Assembly: GCA_035935375.1 (NCBI GenBank)
Contig: DASYXE010000542.1
Coordinates: forward strand, 1 to 26,707
Source: Gemmatimonadaceae bacterium
Lineage (GTDB): Bacteria > Gemmatimonadota > Gemmatimonadetes > Gemmatimonadales > Gemmatimonadaceae
Reading direction: 5' to 3'
DNA: 26,707 bases
The position numbers and the translations under genes were made by a program. The first letter of the stretch is position 1; each line of letters begins with the position of its first letter. This document shows positions 9,832-18,923 of this stretch, piece after piece. The notes under the pieces were generated by a model. That model was given only the letters and a program-made list of their open reading frames with translations. It was not told the origin of the DNA and did not search any database.

Positions 9832-11682
9832 ATGCGATTTCTTCCGTGTCCAGGCTGCCTGGTAGTAGTAGCGGTCGCGGCCTTTGCTGTGCGTGCGACC
9901 GCCCAGGAAAGTCCGGCCAAGCGACTCGGCAACATCGTGGCGGTGGCGGTCGAGGAGTATGCGAAGGGAGTCGACGCGAACGGACGGCTCGTCGCGCCCG
10001 ACGAATATGCGGAGACGGTCGATTTTCTGGCCGACGCGCGGGCCACGGCGCTAGAGCTGAACGGTGCCGACGCGCCGGCGATCCGGGCGCGGCTCGATTC
10101 GCTCGCGGCAGGCGTTCGGGACACCGTGCCGCCGGCGCGGCTCGCGGCGCTGCACCAGCGCTTCGCGGCTGCGTTAGGCGACGCGGCGGCCCTCGATCTG
10201 CCGGTCCGGCCGATCGACCTCGCCGACGGGCGCGCGGTGTACGCGGCGCGGTGCGCGTCGTGCCACGGCGACCGCGGGTTAGGCGACGGCCCTGCCGCCG
10301 CCGGCATTCGCCCGCCGCCGCCGGCGATCGGCGATCCGAGTGTGATGCGCGGGGTGTCGCCGGCGCTCATCTACCGCGTGGTGTCGGCGGGGGTGTCGGG
10401 GACGGCGATGCCGGCTTGGGGTGGGACGCTGACGCCCGAGCAGCGGTGGAACGTCGTCGGGTACGTGTTGTCGCTCCAGGGCGTGCGGACCGTGTGTGCG
10501 ACGTGCGGCGCGTCCGAGTCCCCGTCGAACGCCGTGATGGCGGCCTTGGACTCCACTGTCGCCGCGTTGCGAGCGGGTCGCGCATCGGAGGCTCGAGAGC
10601 GGGCGGTGGATGCGTACCTCGCCTTCGAGCCCATGGAGACGGCGGCGCGGGCGAAGAGTCCGGGCCTGGTGTCCGCCATGGAACGCCGCTTCGCCGATTT
10701 TCGCGCGCACGTCGCCGCCGGCGACGTGCCTAACGCAAGGCGCGCGCGCGATGCGATCGCGGCCACCCTCCCGGCGGTGGCGGCGCTCACCCGGCGGACG
10801 TCCGGTGCCTGGGAAGCGTTCCTGCAGTCGTTCGTGATCATCGTGCGCGAGGGGTTCGAGGCGATCCTCGTGATCGGCGCGATCGTCGCTTTTCTCGTCA
10901 AGACCGGCCACGGCGATCGGCTGCGCGCGGTGTGGTACGGGGCGGGCCTGGGGGTCGTCGCGAGCGCCGCGACGGCAGTGATCCTCGAGACCGTGCTCGC
11001 GGCGGTGCCGGCGAGCCAGGATCTGATCGAAGGCGTGAGCATGCTCGTGGCGATGGTGGTGCTCTTCTGGGTGAGCTACTGGCTCATCTCGAAGGTCGAA
11101 GCCGAGCACTGGCAGCACTTCATCCGCGAGAAGGTGACGGCGGCGCTGGCGTCGGGCGGTGCGACCGCGCTCGCGTTCGTGGCATTCCTCGCCGTGTATC
11201 GCGAGGGCGCCGAGACGGCGCTGTTCTACCAGGCACTGTTGGGCGAAGCGGGCCGGCAGGCGGGCGCGATTGCGTTAGGCGTAGGCGCCGGGGCGCTCGT
11301 GCTGGCGGCGGTGTTCACGGCCTTTCACCGGTACGGCGTGAAGATACCCCTGCGGCCCTTTTTCACGATCACGAGCGGGCTGCTCTACGCCATGGCCTTC
11401 GTGTTCGCCGGGCGCGGCGTGGCCGAGCTGCAGGAAGTGGACGTGCTGCCCATCTCGTCGCTGCGCGGCGTGCCGCGCATCGAAGCGTTGGGCATCTACC
11501 CGACGGCCGAAAGCCTGGGCCTGCAGGCGGTGCTGGTGGCGCTGTTGGCCGCCGCGCTGATCGTCACGTTCCGGCCGCGCCGCGCGCCGGCGGCGCCATC
11601 CGCTTCACCATCTTCTCGAGACGGTGCACGTACTCGTCGTACTGCACGTAGAAGGCGTGACGTTGCGAGGCGAGATAGGTGA
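9832..11682 (+). CDS. Cytochrome c / FTR1-family iron (metal) permease fusion, PbrT-like architecture
   Basis: Signal-peptide-like N-terminus; heme motif CASCHG with distal GTAMP Met; two RExxE motifs (REGFE, REGAE) in a 7-TM FTR1 domain. Confidence 0.9.
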   Translation: MRFLPCPGCLVVVAVAAFAVRATAQESPAKRLGNIVAVAVEEYAKGVDANGRLVAPDEYAETVDFLADARATALELNGADAPAIRARLDSLAAGVRDTVPPARLAALHQRFAAALGDAAALDLPVRPIDLADGRAVYAARCASCHGDRGLGDGPAAAGIRPPPPAIGDPSVMRGVSPALIYRVVSAGVSGTAMPAWGGTLTPEQRWNVVGYVLSLQGVRTVCATCGASESPSNAVMAALDSTVAALRAGRASEARERAVDAYLAFEPMETAARAKSPGLVSAMERRFADFRAHVAAGDVPNARRARDAIAATLPAVAALTRRTSGAWEAFLQSFVIIVREGFEAILVIGAIVAFLVKTGHGDRLRAVWYGAGLGVVASAATAVILETVLAAVPASQDLIEGVSMLVAMVVLFWVSYWLISKVEAEHWQHFIREKVTAALASGGATALAFVAFLAVYREGAETALFYQALLGEAGRQAGAIALGVGAGALVLAAVFTAFHRYGVKIPLRPFFTITSGLLYAMAFVFAGRGVAELQEVDVLPISSLRGVPRIEALGIYPTAESLGLQAVLVALLAAALIVTFRPRRAPAAPSASPSSRDGARTRRTARRRRDVARRDR

Positions 11683-12877
11683 TGCCGCCGCTCAGGTCGG
11701 GCCGCGCGCCGGTGCGCTGACGCTCGAACCACGCCGCGCGATCGGAGCCGGTCCGTTGGGCGAGGATCACCGACGCGACGAGCGCGGCCTGTTTGCTCAC
11801 CACCGGAAAGAGCGAGCCATCGGTCTCGAACAGCCCGATCACATAGAGGCCGGGCCGGTCGCTGAAGACATTCAGATATAGTTGGGCGGCGCCCCGCTCG
11901 GCCGTGAAGACATCGCCGTCGAGGCACGGAATGGCGGACCGGAATCCCGTCGCGAAGATGATCACGTCCACGTCGGCCGAGGTGCCGTCGACGAACGTGA
12001 CGCGCGTGCCGTTCAATTCGCGCACGTCGGGGACGGCGCGGACATCGCCGTGTGCGAGATAGTGCAGCAGCTGCGAGTTCACGATGGGGTGGCTCTCCAG
12101 GACCTTGTGATCGGGCCTGGGGAGCTTGTAGCGGCGCAGATCGCCGACGAGCACTCGCAGCAGCAGCGTGAGGAGCGGTTGGGCCAACCAGGCCGGCAGG
12201 TGTGGGCCGCTGCGAAAGAATGCATCCGTCGGGACGCCGAACAGATGCTTGGGGAGAAAATGATAGCCGCGGCGAAGGCTGATCAGCGTCTCGCGCGCGA
12301 CGGGCGCGGCATCGCACGCGATGTCGCAACCCGAATTGCCGCCGCCCACGACGAGTACGCGCTTGCCGGCGAGCGACGCCGCATGCTTGTAGCGGCTCGA
12401 GTGGTACATCTCGCCGGCGAAGCGGCCCGGGTACGATGCGTCGACGGGATTCCAATTGTTGCCCACGGCGCACACGACGCCGCGGTATCGGCGATGGTCG
12501 CCCGACGCGAGCTCGACATCCCATGCACCATCGACCGGCGTCGCTCGCCGTACGGCGGTGTCGAACGTGATGTGTGAGCGGATCCCGTCGCGATCGGCGT
12601 AGGCGCGCAGGTACTCGAGGATGCGCGTGCGCGAGGGATAGTCGGGATAATCGGCGGGCATCGGGAAGTCGTCGAACGCCGACTGGGTGCGCGACGAGAT
12701 GAAGTGCGCGCTGTCGTACATCGGCGTGCCCGGATGCTGCATGTCCCAGATGCCGCCCACATCGTGGTAGCGCTCGAACACATCGAACGCGATGCCGGCG
12801 CGCTGGAATTGGTGGGCGGTGGCGAGGCCGGACGGCCCGGCCCCGATGATACAGTACCGGGCTTCGGTGTTGGGCAA
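11564..12877 (-). CDS. Flavin-containing monooxygenase (FMO, class B)
   Basis: GAGPSG FAD fingerprint; FMO motif FAGEMYHSSRY; GGGNSG NADPH motif; FATGF; TTG start. Confidence 0.93.
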   Translation of the reverse strand: MPNTEARYCIIGAGPSGLATAHQFQRAGIAFDVFERYHDVGGIWDMQHPGTPMYDSAHFISSRTQSAFDDFPMPADYPDYPSRTRILEYLRAYADRDGIRSHITFDTAVRRATPVDGAWDVELASGDHRRYRGVVCAVGNNWNPVDASYPGRFAGEMYHSSRYKHAASLAGKRVLVVGGGNSGCDIACDAAPVARETLISLRRGYHFLPKHLFGVPTDAFFRSGPHLPAWLAQPLLTLLLRVLVGDLRRYKLPRPDHKVLESHPIVNSQLLHYLAHGDVRAVPDVRELNGTRVTFVDGTSADVDVIIFATGFRSAIPCLDGDVFTAERGAAQLYLNVFSDRPGLYVIGLFETDGSLFPVVSKQAALVASVILAQRTGSDRAAWFERQRTGARPDLSGGITYLASQRHAFYVQYDEYVHRLEKMVKRMAPPARGAAGT

Positions 12878-13003
12878 GATCGGTGAGCCGCGCGTTCAGG
12901 ACCGTGACAATTTACCGATGCGCGCTGCGCGCGCGAGCGCTGGCCTGCCGGACGGCCGAGTGCGGCGGCCCACGGTATTCACACTGCGGCGCTGCGCATC
13001 GGC

Positions 13004-13897
13004 ATGGCTCGTGCTCTTTCTGCCCACGTCGTGGCAGGCCGGGGTGCGGTGGTGAGAGTGTTCCGAGGTGTTCGTCGGGTGATTTTGCTCGTGCTGGATG
13101 GGCTGCGACCGGATGCCATCCAGACGCTGGGTTTGTCGCAGCTGGCGCGTCTCGCCGGTCGCGGCCTCTCGACGCTCCATGGGACGACGGTTGCTCCGAG
13201 CGTCACGGCGGCGTGCATGGCGTCGCTCCTAACGGGCGTACGGCCGGAGACGCATGGCGTGCGGAGTGCGAGCTTCCATGTTCCGCGCGCACGCGGGCGT
13301 GTGCGTCCGCTGCCGCGCGTTCTTGCGGAAGCCGGGTATCCAACATCCGCGTTCATGTGCCGCGTGCCGTGGCTCATGCGCGGCATCGCGCGCCGCATCG
13401 CCGGCCGCCTGGGCATCGGCTTGACCGGTTTTCACGGCACCCATGCCAACGACGTGCTCGCAGGTGCGGCGCGCGCGCTGCATGCCCAACGACGCGGGCT
13501 CATTTTGCTGCACTGGCCGGATTGCGACGACGCCGGGCACGATCACGGATGGATGTCCGAGCCCTACCAACGCGCCGCGTACGGTCTCGACACGGCGCTC
13601 GGCCGCCTGCTCGCGGGCGTCGATCTCGGTCCGACGAGCGACACGATGGTGGTCGCCATCGCGGATCATGGCGGCGGCGGGACGGTGCCGACCGATCACG
13701 ACAGTGCGCATCCGTTAGACCGAACCATTCCGATCGTCATGGCGGGCGGTGGGATTGCGCCCGGTTCGCTCCACGATGGCGCGCACCTGCTGGATGTGCC
13801 GCCGACGGTTCTCCGCGCGCTGGGCGTGCCGGTACCCGCCCTCTACGAGGGGCGGCCGCTGGTCGACGAGCCCGAACCGTCCGCGCTCGCCGGGTGA
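13004..13897 (+). CDS. Alkaline-phosphatase superfamily (nucleotide pyrophosphatase/phosphodiesterase-like) protein; true start may be a GTG at 13049-13058
   Basis: LLVLDGLRPD, PSVT nucleophile, TGVRPETHG, DDAGHDHG and ADHG metal ligands. Confidence 0.88.
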   Translation: MARALSAHVVAGRGAVVRVFRGVRRVILLVLDGLRPDAIQTLGLSQLARLAGRGLSTLHGTTVAPSVTAACMASLLTGVRPETHGVRSASFHVPRARGRVRPLPRVLAEAGYPTSAFMCRVPWLMRGIARRIAGRLGIGLTGFHGTHANDVLAGAARALHAQRRGLILLHWPDCDDAGHDHGWMSEPYQRAAYGLDTALGRLLAGVDLGPTSDTMVVAIADHGGGGTVPTDHDSAHPLDRTIPIVMAGGGIAPGSLHDGAHLLDVPPTVLRALGVPVPALYEGRPLVDEPEPSALAG

Positions 13898-13918
13898 ACC
13901 GGCCCGTTCGGCACGCGC

Positions 13919-14614
13919 TCACGCGCGGATGCGGTACCCGGCCTTGCGCACGGTGAGAATGTAGTCGGGCGCCGCCGGGTTGCGCTCGAGCTTGCGGCGG
14001 AGCTCGGCGATGTGCGTGTCCACCGTCCGGCTCACGACCTCCGACGCGTAGCCCCACACTTCCTGGAGCAGCTCGTCGCGCGAGGCGAGTTTGCCGCGGC
14101 GCCGGAGCAGCGCGATGAGCAGCTCGTACTCCTTGGGGCGCAGCGAAACCGGCTCGCCGCCGCGATACACGGTGCGCGTGGCGGTGTCGATCTCGATGTC
14201 GCCCACCTGCTCGCGCGGCGCGAGCGCGCCCCGCGCGGCGCGGGCACCGTTGGCGGCGCGGCGCAGCAGCGCGTCCACGCGCGCCAGCAGCTCGAGCAAC
14301 CCGAACGGTTTGGTGACGTAGTCGTCCGCGCCTAACCGGAAGCCCAACACCTTGTCGGTTTCCTCGCCGCGCGCGCTCAGGATCAGCACGGGCGTCTCGG
14401 AGCCGTCGGCGCGCAGGGCGCGCAGCACGCGGTACCCGTCGAGACCGGGCAGCATGAGGTCGAGGATGATCACGTCGGGCGAGCTCGCGCGCGCGCGCTC
14501 GAGACCCGCGTTGCCGTCGGCGGCCAGCTCCACCTGGTAGCCTTCGATTTCGAGGTTGTTGCGCAGCCCCATGGCGAGGTTGCGGTTGTCCTCGATGACG
14601 AGGATGCGCGTCAC
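13919..14614 (-). CDS. OmpR/PhoB-family response regulator
   Basis: ILVIEDN, ILDLMLPGLDG, GADDYVTKPF and winged-helix SRTVDTHIAELRRKLE...TVRKAGY; GTGA overlap with the kinase. Confidence 0.95.
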   Translation of the reverse strand: MTRILVIEDNRNLAMGLRNNLEIEGYQVELAADGNAGLERARASSPDVIILDLMLPGLDGYRVLRALRADGSETPVLILSARGEETDKVLGFRLGADDYVTKPFGLLELLARVDALLRRAANGARAARGALAPREQVGDIEIDTATRTVYRGGEPVSLRPKEYELLIALLRRRGKLASRDELLQEVWGYASEVVSRTVDTHIAELRRKLERNPAAPDYILTVRKAGYRIRA

Positions 14615-16323
14615 CGGCGCACCGCGGTCGCGGCGTCGTCCACGGGCGCATCGTGACCGCCGCGCTCGACGAGCGGGAAGGCGACGCCGAAGCACGCGCC
14701 GCCGCCCTGCGGGGCGTCCTCGATCCACACGTCGCCGTGTTGCATGGCGGCGAGCTCGCGCACGACGTAGAGGCCGATCCCGCTGCCGGCGGCGGCCGAA
14801 TGGACGTCGCGCTCGAGGCGCTGGAAGGGCTGCCAGACCCGGTGGCGTTCGCCTAACGGAACACCGGGACCCTGGTCGCACACCATGAGCCGCGCGCGCC
14901 CGCCGCGGCGGTCGACGGTCACGGTCACGGTCTGGCCCGCCGGGCCGTACTTGATGGCGTTGTCGAGCAGGTTGAGCAGCAACTGGCGCACGGCGCCGCG
15001 GTCGATGAGGGCGACCGCATGTTCATCGAGGTCCGTGCACAACGTCGCATCGCCCGCCGCGGCGAGGGGCCGCCACGCGTCGACCGTTTCGCGGACGCAC
15101 GGGGCGAGCGGCGTCGGCACCGGGTTGAGGCGCGTCATGCGCCGCTCGCTGCGCGAGAACAACAGCACGTTCTCGACCAGCTGCATCAACCGCCTCGCTT
15201 CCTGCACGATCACGTCCGTCGCGCCGATCCGCTCGGCCGCGCTCCGCACTCGGCCTAACCGAAGAGTTTCGGCGAAGAGCAGGATCTGCGCCAGAGGCGT
15301 GCGCAGCTCGTGCGACACGCTCGAGATGAAATCCGAGCGCAGCCGCGCGAGCTCCTGTTCGCGCCGGAGCTGCAGCACCGCGAGCACCATCATGCCGGCC
15401 GTGAGCGCCAGGAGGCCGAGCAGCAGCGACACCTTGGACTGCGGAATCGCGCCCAACGCAAGTCGCTCGACAGCCAGCGGCCGCAGCGTGGCGCGAGCGG
15501 TGAGTCCGCCGAACGTCTCCTGCGATGCGTCGGCCGTGAACGGCGTTTGGCTGCGCCGACCCGACTGCCAGATGGTATCGCCCGCCGGGCCGAACACCGT
15601 CACCGAGACCAACGAATCGTTGGGCTCGCGCATCGCGAGCGTCCGCGGCAAGAGCGGATGCCGGCCCATCACGCCCGCGAACACGGGCGCGCCGAGTGCG
15701 TTGGCGCAGGTGGAGAATCCGAATGCGGCGATCGGCGCGCCGTGGACGGCATACTTGACCGCGTACGCCACCGCACGCTCGGTGGCGCCGCGTCCAGCGA
15801 GAACCGTGGCGTACGACCAGTCCGGGCGATAGACGGTACGCGCCTGCTCATCGACGGTCGAGCGGACTAACGCTCGTTCCTGCGCCGGCGGCGTCGCACC
15901 CGAGGTGGTGAACGAGCCATCGCGAAAATCGAGACGGAAGTACCAGCGGGAGGAGTCGTCCTGCCGATCGGCGCAGCGGAGGGCGGCGCCGGCCGATGCC
16001 GCGAGCACCGAGGGACCCGGCAGCGCGTCGTACGGAGTCGCCGCGACCCCCGCCGTCACCGGCGCCAACGCCGCCGACAGCGTTGGGCCGACGGTATCGG
16101 TTGCGTTGGCGAGCAGCTCCCACGCCGCGAACGTGGCGTAGTCCCGCAGTGCGCGCTCGGCCGTGACGCGGTGCGAGCGCGCCGCATCGTGCGCTTCATA
16201 CGCGAGCACGGCAGCCAGCACGAACGTGAGGCCGAGCAGGGCGACGAGCAGGGACGCGCGCGACCGCCAGACGGCTGGCTGGCGCTCGAGTCCGGATTGT
16301 CGCCGAGCGAAGGAAAACGGCAT
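14611..16323 (-). CDS. Membrane sensor histidine kinase with extracytoplasmic domain
   Basis: Two TM segments; SHELRTPLAQI H-box; NLLDNAIKY; GSGIGL; GAGGAG SD upstream of ATG 16323. Confidence 0.93.
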   Translation of the reverse strand: MPFSFARRQSGLERQPAVWRSRASLLVALLGLTFVLAAVLAYEAHDAARSHRVTAERALRDYATFAAWELLANATDTVGPTLSAALAPVTAGVAATPYDALPGPSVLAASAGAALRCADRQDDSSRWYFRLDFRDGSFTTSGATPPAQERALVRSTVDEQARTVYRPDWSYATVLAGRGATERAVAYAVKYAVHGAPIAAFGFSTCANALGAPVFAGVMGRHPLLPRTLAMREPNDSLVSVTVFGPAGDTIWQSGRRSQTPFTADASQETFGGLTARATLRPLAVERLALGAIPQSKVSLLLGLLALTAGMMVLAVLQLRREQELARLRSDFISSVSHELRTPLAQILLFAETLRLGRVRSAAERIGATDVIVQEARRLMQLVENVLLFSRSERRMTRLNPVPTPLAPCVRETVDAWRPLAAAGDATLCTDLDEHAVALIDRGAVRQLLLNLLDNAIKYGPAGQTVTVTVDRRGGRARLMVCDQGPGVPLGERHRVWQPFQRLERDVHSAAAGSGIGLYVVRELAAMQHGDVWIEDAPQGGGACFGVAFPLVERGGHDAPVDDAATAVRR

Positions 16324-16409
16324 GGGACTCCTCGAAGGCGTCTGGCTACGAGCCCTGACGCGAACCAATTGCAGGATGTACGGCGCGCGGGGGTGCGGGA
16401 AGGGGAGCT

Positions 16410-16467
16410 CTGACTGAACTCTGACAGAGCCGCTGACGATGCGCTGACGCCCCAGACGTGGCCATGA
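16410..16467. promoter_or_regulatory. Phased direct repeats (CTGAC-like), candidate OmpR/PhoB-type operator
   Basis: CTGAC at 16410, 16421, 16433, 16444; variants CAGAC 16452 and ATGAC 16463; lies in the divergent intergenic region. Confidence 0.55.
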
Positions 16468-16549
16468 CGGCGCGCGCTCGGCGCGTCGTCATCTTCGCGC
16501 AGGCACGGACCGGGATCCGGCTGGTTTCCTTCGCGCGAGGTCTTCCGAG

Positions 16550-18016
16550 ATGACTCTCCTGTCCAAGAAGCCGATCTCCGACTTGCAGGTCGAAGCCGAG
16601 TCGGGAACGCTGCGCCGATCGTTAGGCGCCTTCAGCCTGACGATGCTCGGCATCGGCGCCGTGATCGGCGCCGGGATTTTCGTGATCACCGGGACGGCGG
16701 CGGCGCAGTTCGCGGGGCCGGCGCTCGTGATCTCGATGCTCATTGCCGGCGTGGGGTGCGCGTTCGCGGGCCTCTGCTACGCGGAGTTCGCGAGTATGAT
16801 CCCGGTGGCCGGGAGCGCCTACACGTACGCGTACGCGACGTTGGGCGAGATCTTCGCCTGGATCATCGGCTGGGACCTCATCCTCGAGTATGCGTTGGGC
16901 GCGTCGACGATCGCGGTGGGATGGGCGGGCAACGTGCAGAGTTTTCTGCAGGACTTCGGGTTGGGCATTCCCGCGCAGTGGGCCGGCCCGCCGGGCTCGG
17001 TGGTCGTGCTCCCGGGCGGCGCGACGGTGCACGGCGTCTTCAACATACCGGCGGCGCTCGTCGTGTTGGCGATCTCCGTGCTGCTCATCATCGGCATTCG
17101 CGAGTCGGCGGGACTCAACACGATCATCGTCGTGATCAAGGTAGTGGTGCTGTTGTTGTTCGTCGCGTTCGGCGCCGCATACATCAACCGCGCGAACTGG
17201 CATCCGTTCATTCCGCCCAACGCGGGGCACTTCGGCGAATACGGGTGGAGCGGCGTGCTCCGCGGGGCAGGGGTCATCTTCTTCGCATTCATCGGGTTCG
17301 ATGCGGTGTCGACGGCGGCGCAGGAGGCACGCAACCCGCAGCGCGACATGCCGATCGGCATCATGGCGTCGCTCGTGATCTGCACGATCCTGTACGTCGC
17401 GGTGGCGCTGGTGCTCACCGGCGTCGTCAAGTACTCGCGGCTCAACGTGCCCGCGCCGATTGCGTTAGGCATCGACGCCACCGGCATCGGCTGGCTCAAA
17501 CCGATCGTCAAATTGGGCGCGATCATGGGCCTCACCAGCACCATGCTCGTCATGCTGCTCGGCCAGCCGCGCATCTTCTACTCGATGAGCCGCGACGGGC
17601 TGCTGCCGCCGTTGTTGGGCAAGGTCCATCCCCGGTTCCGGACCCCGTACGTGACCACCGCCATCACCGGCGTCGTCGTCGCGCTCGTCGCCGGGCTCTT
17701 CCCGATTGCGGTGCTCACACAGCTCACGGCGATGGGGACGCTGCTCGCGTTCGTGATGGTGTGCATGGGCGTCCTCGTGCTGCGCCGCCGCGAGCCACAT
17801 CTCGCGCGCCCGTTCAAGACGCCGGGTATGCCGTGGGTCCCGATCTTGGGTGCGGTGATCTGCCTCGCGCAGATGGTCGGCTTGCCCCTCGAGACGTGGG
17901 CGCGCCTCGTGATCTGGCTCGTCGTGGGGCTCGCGATCTACTTCTGGTACGGGAGACACCACGCCGAGCGCTTGCGAGAGGCGGGCTCGTCCGGAGCGGC
18001 CATCGCGGCGGACTGA
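16550..18016 (+). CDS. APC-superfamily amino acid permease (cationic amino acid transporter-like)
   Basis: GIGAVIGAGIF (TM1), GSAYTYAY and FFAFIGFDAVST motifs; 12+ TM helices. Confidence 0.95.
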   Translation: MTLLSKKPISDLQVEAESGTLRRSLGAFSLTMLGIGAVIGAGIFVITGTAAAQFAGPALVISMLIAGVGCAFAGLCYAEFASMIPVAGSAYTYAYATLGEIFAWIIGWDLILEYALGASTIAVGWAGNVQSFLQDFGLGIPAQWAGPPGSVVVLPGGATVHGVFNIPAALVVLAISVLLIIGIRESAGLNTIIVVIKVVVLLLFVAFGAAYINRANWHPFIPPNAGHFGEYGWSGVLRGAGVIFFAFIGFDAVSTAAQEARNPQRDMPIGIMASLVICTILYVAVALVLTGVVKYSRLNVPAPIALGIDATGIGWLKPIVKLGAIMGLTSTMLVMLLGQPRIFYSMSRDGLLPPLLGKVHPRFRTPYVTTAITGVVVALVAGLFPIAVLTQLTAMGTLLAFVMVCMGVLVLRRREPHLARPFKTPGMPWVPILGAVICLAQMVGLPLETWARLVIWLVVGLAIYFWYGRHHAERLREAGSSGAAIAAD

Positions 18017-18030
18017 GGTCAGAAACCAAT

Positions 18031-18056
18031 TCCAGATTGGTGCTGTCGAATCTGGA
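18031..18056. promoter_or_regulatory. Perfect 8-bp inverted repeat TCCAGATT-N10-AATCTGGA
   Basis: Read directly in the 88-bp gap upstream of the DUF4097 gene; AT-richer than its surroundings. Confidence 0.45.
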
Positions 18057-18104
18057 TCGCCGGTCGTGCGCCGGCGACCAACCGCGCCAATCCGGAGGCT
18101 TCCC

Positions 18105-18917
18105 ATGCGCCCTCTGTCTGCCGTCCTTGCCCTCGTCGCACTCATGTGGGCCGTCCCAGCCGCGCACGCGCAACACTCCGAGCGCAACTGGCTCGCGCAC
18201 TGCCGTGAGGACGCTGAGGATTCGGACCGGCCGCAATACTGCGAGCAACGCACCTTGGGTGCGCATGCAACGGGCGGGACGATCACGGTGGATGGCGGCG
18301 AGAACGGCGGCGCGCGCGTGGCAGGTTGGGATCGCGACAGCATCGACATCATCGCGCACGTGCAGACCAACGCGCGCAGCGAGGACGATGCCGAAGCGCT
18401 CGCGAAGTCCATCTCGATCACGGTGTCCAACGGCAACATCCGCGCGGACGGGCCCGAGTCACGGCATGGTGCGTCGTGGTCGGTGTCGTTCGACGTGCTG
18501 GTGCCGCGTGCGTCGAATCTCTCGGTCACAGCCGTGAACGGACCCGTCGCGATCCGGTCTGTGCACGGGCAGATCGAGTTGAGCGCGGTGAACGGACCGA
18601 TGGACATCGACGATGCGGGCGGTGACGTGCACGGGCACACGACGAACGGACCGCTGGCGGTTCACCTCACGGGCAAATCGTGGGACGGGAAGGGGCTGGA
18701 CGCGAGAACCACCAACGGGCCGGTGACGATCAGCATTCCGCGGGCGTATTCGGCACATCTGGAGACGGGCACGTCCAACGGACCGATGTCGATCGGGATT
18801 CCGATCACGGTGCAGGGCATGATACTCCGGCACCTGGAGACGGACCTGGGCTCGGGCGGACCCACCGTACGGGCGGAGACGACCAACGGTCCGTTAGTCA
18901 TCGAGCGCGCGGACTGA
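18105..18917 (+). CDS. Secreted DUF4097-type beta-strand repeat protein
   Basis: GGAGG SD; signal peptide ending AAHA-Q; six (T/V/S)NGP repeats. Confidence 0.85.
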   Translation: MRPLSAVLALVALMWAVPAAHAQHSERNWLAHCREDAEDSDRPQYCEQRTLGAHATGGTITVDGGENGGARVAGWDRDSIDIIAHVQTNARSEDDAEALAKSISITVSNGNIRADGPESRHGASWSVSFDVLVPRASNLSVTAVNGPVAIRSVHGQIELSAVNGPMDIDDAGGDVHGHTTNGPLAVHLTGKSWDGKGLDARTTNGPVTISIPRAYSAHLETGTSNGPMSIGIPITVQGMILRHLETDLGSGGPTVRAETTNGPLVIERAD

Positions 18918-18923
18918 CCGGCG

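Noticed and set aside
9832-12877. FMO plus FTR1 as a siderophore system
   Set aside because: Genes are convergent, the enzyme has FMO rather than lysine/ornithine N-hydroxylase motifs, and no NRPS/NIS or TonB receptor is present
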